Source: Halarcobacter sp. (GTDB lineage: Bacteria > Campylobacterota > Campylobacteria > Campylobacterales > Arcobacteraceae). From it: a stretch of 64,000 bases of DNA. Location of the stretch: assembly GCA_048571215.1 (NCBI GenBank), contig CP182352.1, positions 960,001 through 1,024,000 of the forward strand, in the 5' to 3' direction. The translations under genes were made by a program, and so were the position numbers. The notes under the pieces were generated by a model that saw nothing but the letters and a program-made list of their open reading frames with translations, had not been told where the DNA came from and made no database searches. Positions 1 to 9,161 of the stretch are shown here, in pieces (the first letter of the stretch is position 1; every line of letters begins with the position of its first letter).

Positions 1-159
1 CATAAGCTAAATATAAAAACTAAAAAATCATTAATAACAGATGGTCAAGCTGCATTTCATCCAAAACTACTATTAAAAATATATATTTATGGATATTTAA
101 ATCTTGTAAAGCCAAGAGGTGCTTTAGCATCACTCTCTTTGAAAAAAAGTTATGTATAG
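1..159 (+). pseudogene. IS1182-family transposase N-terminal remnant (5' end outside window, truncated at 3' end)
   Basis: Frame 1 reads HKLNIKTKKSLITDGQAAFHPKLLLKIYIYGYLN, resembling the GRPAYHPxxLLKxxxYGY motif of IS1182/DUF772 transposases; similarity is then lost and the frame stops at TAG 157-159. Confidence 0.6.
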
Positions 160-298
160 CAATAAAAAACAAAGATTTAACTCAAATTACAAAAGATATA
201 GAGAAAAATATATCTTAGTGTTTGGACTTTATCTGGTTTATTATTTAGAATTTATTTTTTATTTTCAAATTTTTGTCAAAAAGTTAAGATATTTGGAA

Positions 299-370
299 AA
301 CTAATTGAGATTTTTACTGTAAATTTAGTTTATTTGGAACTAAATTCACAGTTTGACTGATTTGTTATCT
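299..370 (-). other. attC-like site closing the DUF2157/DUF4824 two-gene cassette
   Basis: Minus strand AGATAAC overlapping the stop codon, internal hairpin ACTGTGAATTTAGTT..AACTAAATTTACAGT, degenerate R' ATTAGTT; AGATAAC is complementary (apart from the G>A change) to the ATTATCT that opens this cassette at 2301-2307. Confidence 0.55.
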
Positions 371-1196
371 ATTTTTTTGTATTTAAATTCAATTCCTTAA
401 CGGCAGTTATATAAGGTTCAAATTTTGTTCCATATTTTAGTGTAACTATATATCTAGGTTTGATTACTTTTTTATTATTATAATTTCTTATTGGTCGTAA
501 TGACTTAAGAAAGTTACTATATTCAAGGGGAACATAAATCTCTTTTATACTTAAACCAGAAATATAACCATCAATTCCTTCGTCTGTATGTCTAACATTG
601 ATTAGTCCTTTTGCAATAATATATTTTGATTTATCTTGATATTTAGATCTTAATATTTTTGGATTAATATTTGCATCAATTGCAAAAAGTCTAGAACGGT
701 TAAATTGCTCATCTTTCAAGTCTTTTATTGCATGTTTTAACTTTTGTTTATCTTTTTTTTCTGTAGAGTTTAGTTCTTGTAATTCTTTGACCTTATTTTT
801 TGCTAATGCTAATGAATCTTGATATGACTTACCGTCATATTCTAGAACAATAAACACTTCTTTTTCAATACTTCTAAAAAAATTAAAACCATTATTTTTT
901 TTAAAGTTATTTTCAATATCAAAACCAAGACTTTTTAGTTTTTGCGTTGTAAGCCATAGTGTCTGGTTATTATAAGAAAAGTTATTTTGAATTCTCCAAT
1001 TAAGTTTTAATGAAATGGCATTATTTTCATTTCTATTTCGATATGGAAGTTTTAACTCTCGTTCCGTAAGAGATACTTCTGAACTAGGTAAGTCTGCTCT
1101 ATTAATAAAAACTCCATATAAAATTACAATATTTGAAATGATAATTAAAGCAAAAGCTAAAATAAATAACTTATTTGAATTAAAAAAATATTTCAT
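369..1196 (-). CDS. DUF4824-like protein (partner of DUF2157 membrane protein)
   Basis: N-terminal TM helix, LTERELxLP and SRLFAIDA motifs; coupled to the upstream membrane protein. Confidence 0.65.
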   Translation of the reverse strand: MKYFFNSNKLFILAFALIIISNIVILYGVFINRADLPSSEVSLTERELKLPYRNRNENNAISLKLNWRIQNNFSYNNQTLWLTTQKLKSLGFDIENNFKKNNGFNFFRSIEKEVFIVLEYDGKSYQDSLALAKNKVKELQELNSTEKKDKQKLKHAIKDLKDEQFNRSRLFAIDANINPKILRSKYQDKSKYIIAKGLINVRHTDEGIDGYISGLSIKEIYVPLEYSNFLKSLRPIRNYNNKKVIKPRYIVTLKYGTKFEPYITAVKELNLNTKK

Positions 1197-2269
1197 GAGA
1201 ATACCTTTTCATCATTTTCAATAACAGATAATCGTAATTTTTTAAATACAAATAATACAATTAGTGCCGATAAGCCTATTAAGAAAAAGAAAATGTATTT
1301 TGGCATCCAATCCCACCACCAATCAAAAAACTTTGTGTATAAAAATATAGTAAAAAATATATTCCCAGTATTTACTACATCTGATAAGTTCTTTTTTATT
1401 CCAAACCAAATCATCAAAGCACTCATACTAAAACCAATCATTTGATACATTGCTTCAATATAATCTATTTCAAAATTTAAATAACTTATCATTCCCCAAT
1501 TCGATAGAATCAATACAGGAAGAAAAAATATAATCATCCCAAAAACTCTATAAATAACATCAAAACCATCATAACGATGATGTTTAATAAATGAAATAAA
1601 AAACAATAAAATGGCAACAGGTAAAAAATGTTCAGGTCTTTCTCCAAACCCAATCCAGTACATACCACTCCATGTTCCAATTTTTGCCGATAGAAAAGCA
1701 GAAAAGCTTAAAATTGCAAATGCTAGCAGTAACCTCGCATTAATAGCGTACGCTAATAATAATGCAAATATTGACCATACCAACAAAGCATTTGCAGATG
1801 GAGTAATATTAAATATTTGTCCAAGCATGGAAATATTAAGTACAAAACAAACGAAACTTAGTAATCCAAATATTTTTGAAAAATAGCTTGTTTTCTCCTT
1901 TTTAGAAAGATACATAGCTACTATCAAAGTAATAATTGGTGTTATTACCAATATTATTACTTGAATTGTAGTAGATAATACACCCCAAAATTGATAAAAA
2001 AGAAAAAATACACTTGCAGATAACCCAAGAGCACCTAAGAACGATGCTATTTTCATCCCTAAACTTAATTGTTTTTTGTGATGATTTGAATCGATATCAA
2101 ATGTTGATATAAGCTTAGTAATAAGGCTTTTGTGATAATTCTGTATATTGGTATATTGTGTTTTTTCAAGAGTAACAATATTTTCTTTTTCAAGTATTTG
2201 TAGTTCTTTTTGAAATTGATTGATTTGATCAACTCTTTGTTGTGCTTCAATTTTAGATTTTATATTCAT
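1193..2269 (-). CDS. DUF2157-domain multi-pass membrane protein
   Basis: 358 aa, many TM segments, LGQIFNI and FFDWWWDW motifs. Confidence 0.7.
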   Translation of the reverse strand: MNIKSKIEAQQRVDQINQFQKELQILEKENIVTLEKTQYTNIQNYHKSLITKLISTFDIDSNHHKKQLSLGMKIASFLGALGLSASVFFLFYQFWGVLSTTIQVIILVITPIITLIVAMYLSKKEKTSYFSKIFGLLSFVCFVLNISMLGQIFNITPSANALLVWSIFALLLAYAINARLLLAFAILSFSAFLSAKIGTWSGMYWIGFGERPEHFLPVAILLFFISFIKHHRYDGFDVIYRVFGMIIFFLPVLILSNWGMISYLNFEIDYIEAMYQMIGFSMSALMIWFGIKKNLSDVVNTGNIFFTIFLYTKFFDWWWDWMPKYIFFFLIGLSALIVLFVFKKLRLSVIENDEKVFS

Positions 2270-2300
2270 TATTTATTGTAACTCCTGAGAATATTTATTT

Positions 2301-2372
2301 AGATAATGTTTGAAATGAGTAATCAAAAAGCCGCCCGCGGGTTTTTGATTGGTCTCCTCTGATTTATTATAA
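2301..2372 (-). other. attC-like site (both cores altered, AAT/ATT)
   Basis: Minus strand TTATAATAAATCAGAGGAGACCAATCAAAAACCCGCGGGCGGCTTTTTGATTACTCATTTCAAACATTATCT; same scaffold as the sites at 2667 and 5412. Confidence 0.7.
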
Positions 2373-2612
2373 GTCTGGTGTGTGTTGCAAGAAATTGATT
2401 TCATTTGCTTTCTCAATATCTCCAATTCTTAGGTAGTGAATCAGCTTTTTCAATTCATTGTCTTGGAATATTCTATAGTCAATGTCCTTTGCACGAATAT
2501 CTTCATCAGAAAAATAATGGGGGAGATATGCAAATACACCATCCAATGAGTTGTCATAAAGCTCTTCAACAGTACATTCAGTGTGTTTTACACTCTCTTG
2601 ATGGTTTAACAT
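2367..2612 (-). CDS. Hypothetical protein, gene-cassette ORF
   Basis: 81 aa ORF bracketed by attC-like sites. Confidence 0.55.
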   Translation of the reverse strand: MLNHQESVKHTECTVEELYDNSLDGVFAYLPHYFSDEDIRAKDIDYRIFQDNELKKLIHYLRIGDIEKANEINFLQHTPDL

Positions 2613-2666
2613 TCTTTCCAGTAAATCAGCTAGTTGAAGATATTGGATAGCGAACCCCTTTTTGAC

Positions 2667-2735
2667 TTATAACGTTTGAATTGAGGAATATTTGAGCCGC
2701 AGGGTCAAATATTCCTCTCCAATGATTTGTTAGCC
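2667..2735 (-). other. attC site (69 bp)
   Basis: Minus strand GGCTAAC-AAATCATTGGA-GAGGAATATTTGA-CCCTGCGGC-TCAAATATTCCTC-AATTCAAAC-GTTATAA: AAC/GTT cores around an imperfect palindrome. Confidence 0.85.
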
Positions 2736-3097
2736 ACACCAGTATATATTTCAGAGGGAGGGTAACCTTCTGACTCTGCATAAAACTTATTTCCATTCTT
2801 CTCAATCACCAAATAACCTCCTCCCCCATGAGCCATCATACTTTTTGAGGCTTGATCCCATGTCAGTTCTTCCATTCGACCTGTCAAATCGAAAAAAATA
2901 CAATCATCTTGATCCACAAAGCCGATTTTTTCATATGCAAACTGTTTGGGAAAAACATCTGAAATACTATGACAAATTTTTCTCATCAATTTTTCGGGCT
3001 TTTTTAACGCATCAACAACACATCGTGATTGGTAGTCTTTGAGGACAAAATTTGAAGCAAATCGTTCAATACTTTGTTGTGTAATCATATAATCCAC
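2705..3097 (-). CDS. Hypothetical protein, gene-cassette ORF
   Basis: 130 aa, RBS GAGG just inside the cassette start GTTAGCC; C-terminus NKSLERNI runs into the attC. Confidence 0.7.
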   Translation of the reverse strand: MDYMITQQSIERFASNFVLKDYQSRCVVDALKKPEKLMRKICHSISDVFPKQFAYEKIGFVDQDDCIFFDLTGRMEELTWDQASKSMMAHGGGGYLVIEKNGNKFYAESEGYPPSEIYTGVANKSLERNI

Positions 3098-3103
3098 CTC
3101 ATA

Positions 3104-3151
3104 GGCTAACTATTTATTGAATATACATTATATAAATAAAGTACTTAAATA
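3104..3151 (-). promoter_or_regulatory. attI-like site with TATAAT box, head of cassette array 2
   Basis: Minus strand ATATAATGTATATTCAATAAATA|GTTAGCC; 25/27 identical to 6919-6945; no hairpin partner, unlike an attC. Confidence 0.6.
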
Positions 3152-3390
3152 TGCTACTTTATTATATATTTATCAAGAAAACTTATTTTATGCATGTTTA
3201 TAGAAATAATATTATGTAATATAATATTTATTCTATATATCTTTATTATAAGTTATAATCTTTATGTATATTTTATGTCGATATTTAGAACTTTAATATA
3301 TATAATGTATGTTAAAAGTAAGAATTTAACTTTAAATAACATTTTGATTGTTTAACAAAATGATAAATATATTATGTGTATTTGGATAAT

Positions 3391-4002
3391 ACTATTATCA
3401 AAATATTTGAGTGTAAATAAACTTTTACTGTACCTCTTGGCTTTGTCGACTTTCTTTTGTGAAAAAGAAAGTAGCAAAGAAACCATCCCACAGGTTTCGA
3501 AGCCGAAGGTTCCCTCGCTTATTATTTCACTTTTCTATTTTTTAAAACTCGCTAAAACGTAAGTTAGTTACGTTTTTGACACTCAGACAGTTAAAAAACT
3601 TTTGCCTGCAAGCAGGATTACATCCGAAAAGCAAAATAAACACTCGGCTTCTCAAATGCGGGAAGGTGGGATAATGACCTTTTCATTTTTTGGTACCATT
3701 TTGTTTGGATTTGTGTAATACTCAAATAGTATGAGAAAGTTCAAGGCTAGGGTATTTTAGTCCAGACTTTGTTGAAGCTGGAAGTTTTTTAATTATTTTC
3801 GGAGAAGACCGAGGACCGTTCAACTGGATAAAAGGTACTGAATGTACCTTTTAGGAAGGCGTTCCGCAGGTCAGAAGATAATTATAAAACTGGAGGGAAC
3901 TTTAGCTTCAACAACCGTCTGGCTGCTTTTTGTCTTACTTTTTACAACTAAAAAGTGAGAAAGCGGAGAGCTTTGCTCTACAAGAGGGTGTATACAATTA
4001 AA
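3391..4002. repeat. ~612-bp structured non-coding repeat, copy 1 (complete: half A + spacer + inverted half B)
   Basis: Start ACTATTATCAAAATATTTGAG recurs at 4003 and 10963; nested hairpins. Confidence 0.9.
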
Positions 4003-4340
4003 ACTATTTTCAAAATATTTGAGTGTGAATAAACTTTTACTGTACGTCTTAACTTTACCGACTTTCTTTTGTGAAAAAGAAAGTAGCAAAGAAACCATCC
4101 CACAGGTTTCAAAGCCGAAGGTTCCCTCGCTTATTATTCATCCCTTTTGAGTGCCTAAAAACTTGCTAAAACGTGAGTTAGTCACGTTTTTTTACGCTTC
4201 AAACAGTTTATTCACTTGTTTTCAAAAGAGACAAATAAACACTCGGCTTCTCAAATGCGGAAAGGTAGGAAATTGACCTTTGCATTTTTTGATACCATTT
4301 TATTTGAATTGGTGTGATACTCAACAATTATTATAAAAGT
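4003..4340. repeat. Structured repeat copy 2 (tandem; half A + spacer only)
   Basis: Highly similar to 3391-3740, e.g. GACTTTCTTTTGTGAAAAAGAAAGTAGCAAAGAAACCATCCCACAGGTTTC. Confidence 0.9.
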
Positions 4341-4663
4341 GGAGATTCATTCTCTGGGGGGTGTCACCATTAAATTGCAATGGATATTTCTATATTTGAG
4401 CTATGCTTTTTGTGAGTTTTCAAATTGCTTTGCATCATCTATTGAACGCTTTGATATGTTTTATAAATAATTTTATATAGTCTATTCATCTCTTTTTTTG
4501 CAAATGTAGATGTATTTTCACTGCACATAGCAACAACCGTATTATTTATTTGACCTTCTTTATGAATACGATCATTGTAAATTTTCTCATATTTATTTTT
4601 TGTTTCAGTAAATAAAATAAAAGGCATTAATGCAATAAGTAATAGTAAATTTGTGACCTTCAT
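4341..4663 (-). pseudogene. LprI/DUF1311-like exported protein, decayed cassette gene
   Basis: Signal peptide, MCS..EMNRLYK, then after a frameshift DDAKQFENSQKA*LKYRNIHC (TAG where the family has W); truncated at the repeat. Confidence 0.6.
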
Positions 4664-4682
4664 AGATTACTCCTTTGTATCA

Positions 4683-4734
4683 ATATAACGCCTGCCTCAG
4701 CCGCTGAAGATCGGATTAGAGTCTCTTGTTAGCC
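4683..4734 (-). other. attC-like site (52 bp, GC-richer type)
   Basis: Minus strand GGCTAACAAGAGACTCTAATCCGATCTTCAGCGGCTGAGGCAGGCGTTATAT. Confidence 0.7.
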
Positions 4735-5107
4735 ATTTTCTAGTTATTATAGGCAACCATGTAGCCCCTATAGCACACAGCTGAAAATAGGTTAACCGGT
4801 ACGGGTGAGCCCAGCCACCCGAGTAGCCAACATCAAAAGCCAGCCACACAACAAATGTGGAACTTGAAGCCAAAGCCACAATCAGCACCCTTTCTGGAAA
4901 TCTCAGTACAGCAAAACCCTCTAATACCGCCAATACTCCGAACCACGCTGTAAAAAAGCCTAAGGTTAGCCCCCAGGAATACCCACCTCTGTATTCTCTA
5001 CCTATAGCTTCCGCCACGAAGTGGCCGACTCCATATATCGCGGTCAGAAGAAGCACCCTGATTATTGGCCGTAACAAAAGCAGATAAACTATGCGCTTTG
5101 TCATCAC
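4697..5107 (-). CDS. Small membrane protein, gene-cassette ORF
   Basis: 136 aa, ~4 TM segments, visibly higher GC than the host, ends inside an attC. Confidence 0.7.
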   Translation of the reverse strand: MMTKRIVYLLLLRPIIRVLLLTAIYGVGHFVAEAIGREYRGGYSWGLTLGFFTAWFGVLAVLEGFAVLRFPERVLIVALASSSTFVVWLAFDVGYSGGWAHPYRLTYFQLCAIGATWLPIITRKWLTRDSNPIFSG

Positions 5108-5143
5108 GATTAACCTTTGAAATAAGCCGATAAATTGTTATTC
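5108..5143 (-). other. Internally deleted attC-like site (36 bp)
   Basis: Minus strand GAATAAC-AATTTATCGGCTTATTTCAAAG-GTTAATC between two cassette ORFs. Confidence 0.45.
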
Positions 5144-5144
5144 A

Positions 5145-5387
5145 TTAGAAGTCAGAGAGTACAGAGATTATCACGTGTGGCTCAGAACTTTCAGATTTTC
5201 CAAATTTTAAGGAAGATTGACCATCTGATGTACGAACTTTTGTAGCCTCGGAAATACTTATATCATTAATTTCAAGAATACGAAACATATGTCCTTTAGC
5301 TTGGAAAATCTCATCTTCTGTATAGCAAAGTACATCAGAATTTGATGGTAAAGACTGAAGCTTAGTTAATAAATCGGAAACTTTCAT
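5145..5387 (-). CDS. Hypothetical protein, gene-cassette ORF
   Basis: 80 aa, RBS AAGGA, bracketed by attC-like sites. Confidence 0.65.
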   Translation of the reverse strand: MKVSDLLTKLQSLPSNSDVLCYTEDEIFQAKGHMFRILEINDISISEATKVRTSDGQSSLKFGKSESSEPHVIISVLSDF

Positions 5388-5411
5388 GTAAATCCTTCTT
5401 ATAATTTTAGT

Positions 5412-5480
5412 GTATAACGTCTAAGTTGAGAAATATTTGAGCCACAGAATCAAATATTTCTCCCCCATGATTTGTTATAT
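5412..5480 (-). other. attC site (69 bp)
   Basis: Minus strand ATATAAC-AAATCATGGGG-GAGAAATATTTGA-TTCTGTGGC-TCAAATATTTCTC-AACTTAGAC-GTTATAC; homologous to 2667-2735 with a compensatory G-C/A-T pair. Confidence 0.85.
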
Positions 5481-6892
5481 AGTTTAATCATTATGATACT
5501 TTTACCTATCAGTCCTAATAATGATATAACAATTGAACTTAGCATTAAATAGCCGATATCTGGTACAAACATTAAAAATCCGCTAAATGTTAAATTATAC
5601 AACTTGGGTATAATAAAAAATAGTGAGATGATAATTGAAATATCAAATATAAATGATACTATTGTTCTATACTTTTTGACATCTTTATGCTTTTGAATAA
5701 ACTGTTTCATTAAAAATAATTGAACTATTAATAAACTGATAAAAAATACATATGCAGATATAGAGATAATATCTATAGTGGTATCTTTTAGTTCTTTATT
5801 TCTAATTATATCAATAATACCACCTGCTAGAGTGTTTAACTCATTACTGCCTAATGTATATGAAGTAGCATTTGTAAGCATAATAAGACCTAGTTTTTCT
5901 TCTGGAAATATAATCATTGAAGCTGTATATCCAGGGGCTGTTCCTAAATGATTTAAATAAAGTTTTTCACTAGTATCCACAAACCATCCAAAGCCATAAT
6001 GGATTTTACCCTTGACTATCGTAGCACTTGGTGTTTGTATTTGTTTAATAATAGAAGATGAAAATATCTGTTCTTTCTTATATTTTCCTTTATTTAACTG
6101 TGCAATTAAATAGTTGCTCATATCTTCAACATTTGAAATAATATATCCAGCAGGAAGTAAAACTTTACTAAATGGAAAATCACTTTTTATAGCTTGACCA
6201 AACCAAAGTCTATGTCCTTGTGCTATATTTTTTTTGTCAATATTCTCTAAAGAGGCATAACTATTTTTCATATCAAGTTTATTAAATATATTTTCTTTTA
6301 TATATTGATTATAAGAAAGCCCAGTTACTTTTTCTATAACTAAACCTAAAATTTGATAATTTATATTTGAATAATAAAAAGTGGTTGATGGCTTTGAAAT
6401 AAGTGAGACATCTTTTAACGCCCGAATAGTTTTTTCTAAAGCAAAATTACTACTATCCCAATCATCAAAATTTTTCAATCCATCATAAGTAGAAAATCCG
6501 CTGGTTTGGTTTAACAGTGTTCTAATAGTTATATTGTTGACATCTTTTTCATCTTTTATTTTAAACCAAGAAAGATACTTATTTATTGAATCATCCAAAT
6601 TAATTTTCCCATCTTCCACTAATTGCATAATTGCTAAGGCTATAAATGACTTGGTTAATGAGCCGATATAAAATAAAGATTTTGTATTTATATCTTTATC
6701 TTTAGAATAACTATTTTTATAAATTAAACTATTATCCTTTATAACCCCTATTGATATAGTAGGAATATCTGCTTGATTTTGCATTTTTTTAACATAGTTA
6801 TCAATTTTATTAAAAGTTTGAGTATCTATATTTTTAGCATTTAATTCAAAACAAAGAAATATAATAAAAATTAGTATAAATTTTATTTGCAC
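5450..6892 (-). CDS. Serine hydrolase, beta-lactamase class C/AmpH-like, with C-terminal TM helices (cassette)
   Basis: SLTK (SxxK), YSN, HLG motifs; signal peptide; ends NKSWGRNI inside the attC. Confidence 0.85.
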   Translation of the reverse strand: MQIKFILIFIIFLCFELNAKNIDTQTFNKIDNYVKKMQNQADIPTISIGVIKDNSLIYKNSYSKDKDINTKSLFYIGSLTKSFIALAIMQLVEDGKINLDDSINKYLSWFKIKDEKDVNNITIRTLLNQTSGFSTYDGLKNFDDWDSSNFALEKTIRALKDVSLISKPSTTFYYSNINYQILGLVIEKVTGLSYNQYIKENIFNKLDMKNSYASLENIDKKNIAQGHRLWFGQAIKSDFPFSKVLLPAGYIISNVEDMSNYLIAQLNKGKYKKEQIFSSSIIKQIQTPSATIVKGKIHYGFGWFVDTSEKLYLNHLGTAPGYTASMIIFPEEKLGLIMLTNATSYTLGSNELNTLAGGIIDIIRNKELKDTTIDIISISAYVFFISLLIVQLFLMKQFIQKHKDVKKYRTIVSFIFDISIIISLFFIIPKLYNLTFSGFLMFVPDIGYLMLSSIVISLLGLIGKSIIMIKLYNKSWGRNI

Positions 6893-6915
6893 TTATTGCA
6901 CCTCATATATTTTAT

Positions 6916-6963
6916 ATATAACTATTAATTAAATATACATTATATTAATTTATTACTTAAATA
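6916..6963 (-). promoter_or_regulatory. attI-like site with TATAAT box, head of cassette array 1
   Basis: Minus strand ATATAATGTATATTTAATTAATA|GTTATAT; GTTATAT is complementary to the ATATAAC that closes this cassette. Confidence 0.6.
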
Positions 6964-7217
6964 GCCTGATAACATAACATAATTAAACTAAGCCTTCAAA
7001 TAGGCTATTTGTATAAAAAAATATTCTAAAATGATATATCTTTTAAGTAAATTATAATGTTATATTATCATCTATATGTATAGTTTTTATCTAAATAACA
7101 GTAATAAACATGCAATTTGCATGTTATTTGGAATAAATCGTGATAATACTACATTTTAAGAAAATATAAAATGAGTGAAAAATTATTTGATATAATGAGA
7201 GATAAATTCTAAATATT

Positions 7218-7675
7218 CACTTTTTTGCCTGCAAGCAGGATTACATATTGAAAAAAGTAAAACAAAAAGCAACCCGCAGGTTTCGAAGATGAAACTAGCC
7301 TCACTTATTATTTATTGCTTCTCAAATGCGGGAAGGTAGTATAAAGACCTTTGCATTTTTTGGTACCATTTTATTTAAGTTGGTGTTATGTTAAATTTAC
7401 ATCAGGAAGTTTGTGGCTAGTGTATTTTAGTCCAGACTTTGTTGAAGCCGAGTGCTTTGCTTTTTAAAGCGGAAAAAGCCGAAACTGTTTGAAGAAAGAA
7501 AAGTGACTAACTCACTTTTTCGAGGAGTTTTGCAGGCTAGCTTTAAAAAGTGAAGTGGGAGGGAACTTTAGCTTTAACAACGCGTCTGGTTGCTTTTTGT
7601 CTTACTTTTTACAACTAAAAAGTGAGAAAGCGGAGAACTTTGTTCTACAAGAGAGTGCATACAATTAAAACTATC
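7218..7675. repeat. Structured repeat copy 3 (eroded half A, intact half B)
   Basis: GCTTCTCAAATGCGGGAAGGT, TAGTCCAGACTTTGTTGAAGC and TTGTCTTACTTTTTACAACTAAAAAGTGAGAAAGCGGAGA shared with copy 1. Confidence 0.9.
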
Positions 7676-7717
7676 TATAAATCTATTTAACTATTTACTT
7701 AAATCATATTTTTCATA

Positions 7718-8161
7718 TCAATCAATCTCCAAAAAGTTTTCTTTTACTCTTTCTAATAGTTTACATAAAAGTTCTTTTTCCTCTTGAGTAAAATTTTTAT
7801 ATGTAATATCTAAAAGTTTTGGTGAGATAATATCCATAACTATAGGTTTTGTGCCAAGTCCTTTTTGTGTTAGTTTTACCATTGTACTTCTACTATCTTT
7901 TTCATTTTTAAATTTTATTAAAAGTTCCATTTTTTCAAGCTTGTTTACCAAAGCTGTTACTGTTGATTTATCTTTATTTATTGATTGGGTTATTTGACTC
8001 ATGGGAACACCATCTTTATTTTTATAAAGTAGATTTAAAATATTTCCATGGGAAGGGGCAAGTCCTATTAGGTCGTGTTTTTTTAATTCATCCATGATTA
8101 GTTTATTTGTACTATTGTGAATATGTCCTATAGTTGAGATTATTTCATTTGTATTTTTCAT
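7718..8161 (-). CDS. MarR-family transcriptional regulator
   Basis: wHTH KSTVTALVNKLEK and DSRS..VKLT..G motifs. Confidence 0.9.
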   Translation of the reverse strand: MKNTNEIISTIGHIHNSTNKLIMDELKKHDLIGLAPSHGNILNLLYKNKDGVPMSQITQSINKDKSTVTALVNKLEKMELLIKFKNEKDSRSTMVKLTQKGLGTKPIVMDIISPKLLDITYKNFTQEEKELLCKLLERVKENFLEID

Positions 8162-8227
8162 TAGTTTTATATCCTACTATTTTCTATTGAAAGGATAACT
8201 ATATTTTGTTTAAAGTAATGAAAAGTA

Positions 8228-9088
8228 TTAAAACTTTCCATTACTATTTGCCCATTTATCTTTGGTAGGAATCTCTTGAATAGTATCCCAATGCTCTACA
8301 ATTTTGTCATTTTCAATTCTAAACAAATCGTAAAATGAATAAGGTTTTCCATGCCATGAACCTTCACTAATGGTTAGTACAAAATTACCTTCACCTAATA
8401 CTTTATGAAGTTTTTTATAAGTAAACATATCGTTTTTAGAGATTAGATAAGTGATTGCCTCATTTAAACCTGCCAAACCATCTTTTATATAAGGGTTATG
8501 TTGATCATATTTTTCAGTTGAGATATAATCTGTAATTTTATTTGGATTTTTACCAAAGAATATATCTTCAAAAAGCTTTTTAACTAAAGTTTTATTTTCA
8601 TCAGTTTTATCTAAATCTGTAATCTTAGTTTCCCCATCGATTTGAGTTCTTCCACTTGCTGTATTTTTAACTATATCTTGTAGATTATCCCAATGTTCTA
8701 CTATTTTCCCATCTTCAAATCTAAAGATATCAAACCCAACTTTTGCCCCAAAGAAGTTATACTTTGTATGGGTAAAAACATAATTTTCATCCTCAAAAGC
8801 TCTAACTACTTTTACACTTGAACTTCCTTTTGGCAACATTGCAACAACTTCACCAAAACCTTTCAAACCATCTTTTATTGATAAGTTATGTTGTATATAT
8901 TTATCTGGATTAATATAATTTATAGGCTCAGTTGCTCCTGTTTCTATTGAATTTAGTAGTTCAATCACTTTTTGTTTGTTTGTAAGCATTTTTGGCTCCT
9001 TTTTTTGTTCTGCTGTATATGCACATCCTGAAAAAATTGAAGCAGTTATAACTCCTGCTAGTAGCTTTTTTATATCGATTGTTTTCAT
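8228..9088 (-). CDS. SnoaL/NTF2-like double-domain lipoprotein
   Basis: Lipobox FSGC; two repeats of Y.QHN..IKDG and DxFRxExxKIVEHWD. Confidence 0.85.
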   Translation of the reverse strand: MKTIDIKKLLAGVITASIFSGCAYTAEQKKEPKMLTNKQKVIELLNSIETGATEPINYINPDKYIQHNLSIKDGLKGFGEVVAMLPKGSSSVKVVRAFEDENYVFTHTKYNFFGAKVGFDIFRFEDGKIVEHWDNLQDIVKNTASGRTQIDGETKITDLDKTDENKTLVKKLFEDIFFGKNPNKITDYISTEKYDQHNPYIKDGLAGLNEAITYLISKNDMFTYKKLHKVLGEGNFVLTISEGSWHGKPYSFYDLFRIENDKIVEHWDTIQEIPTKDKWANSNGKF

Positions 9089-9103
9089 TTTTGATCCTTT
9101 AAA

Positions 9104-9161
9104 AGTTTGATATCAAACTAAATATTAAAGGAATTATAGTTTGATATCAAACTAAAGTCAA
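9104..9161 (-). promoter_or_regulatory. Sigma70 promoter overlapped by two palindromic operators (probably MarR)
   Basis: -35 TTGACT (9161-9156), 17 bp spacer, -10 TATAAT (9138-9133); perfect palindrome AGTTTGATATCAAACT at 9104-9119 and 9138-9153. Confidence 0.8.

Noticed and set aside
3374..4098. Short ORFs 3374-3562 (+) and 3871-4098 (-)
   Set aside because: They lie inside the non-coding repeat and the frames are not conserved between copies
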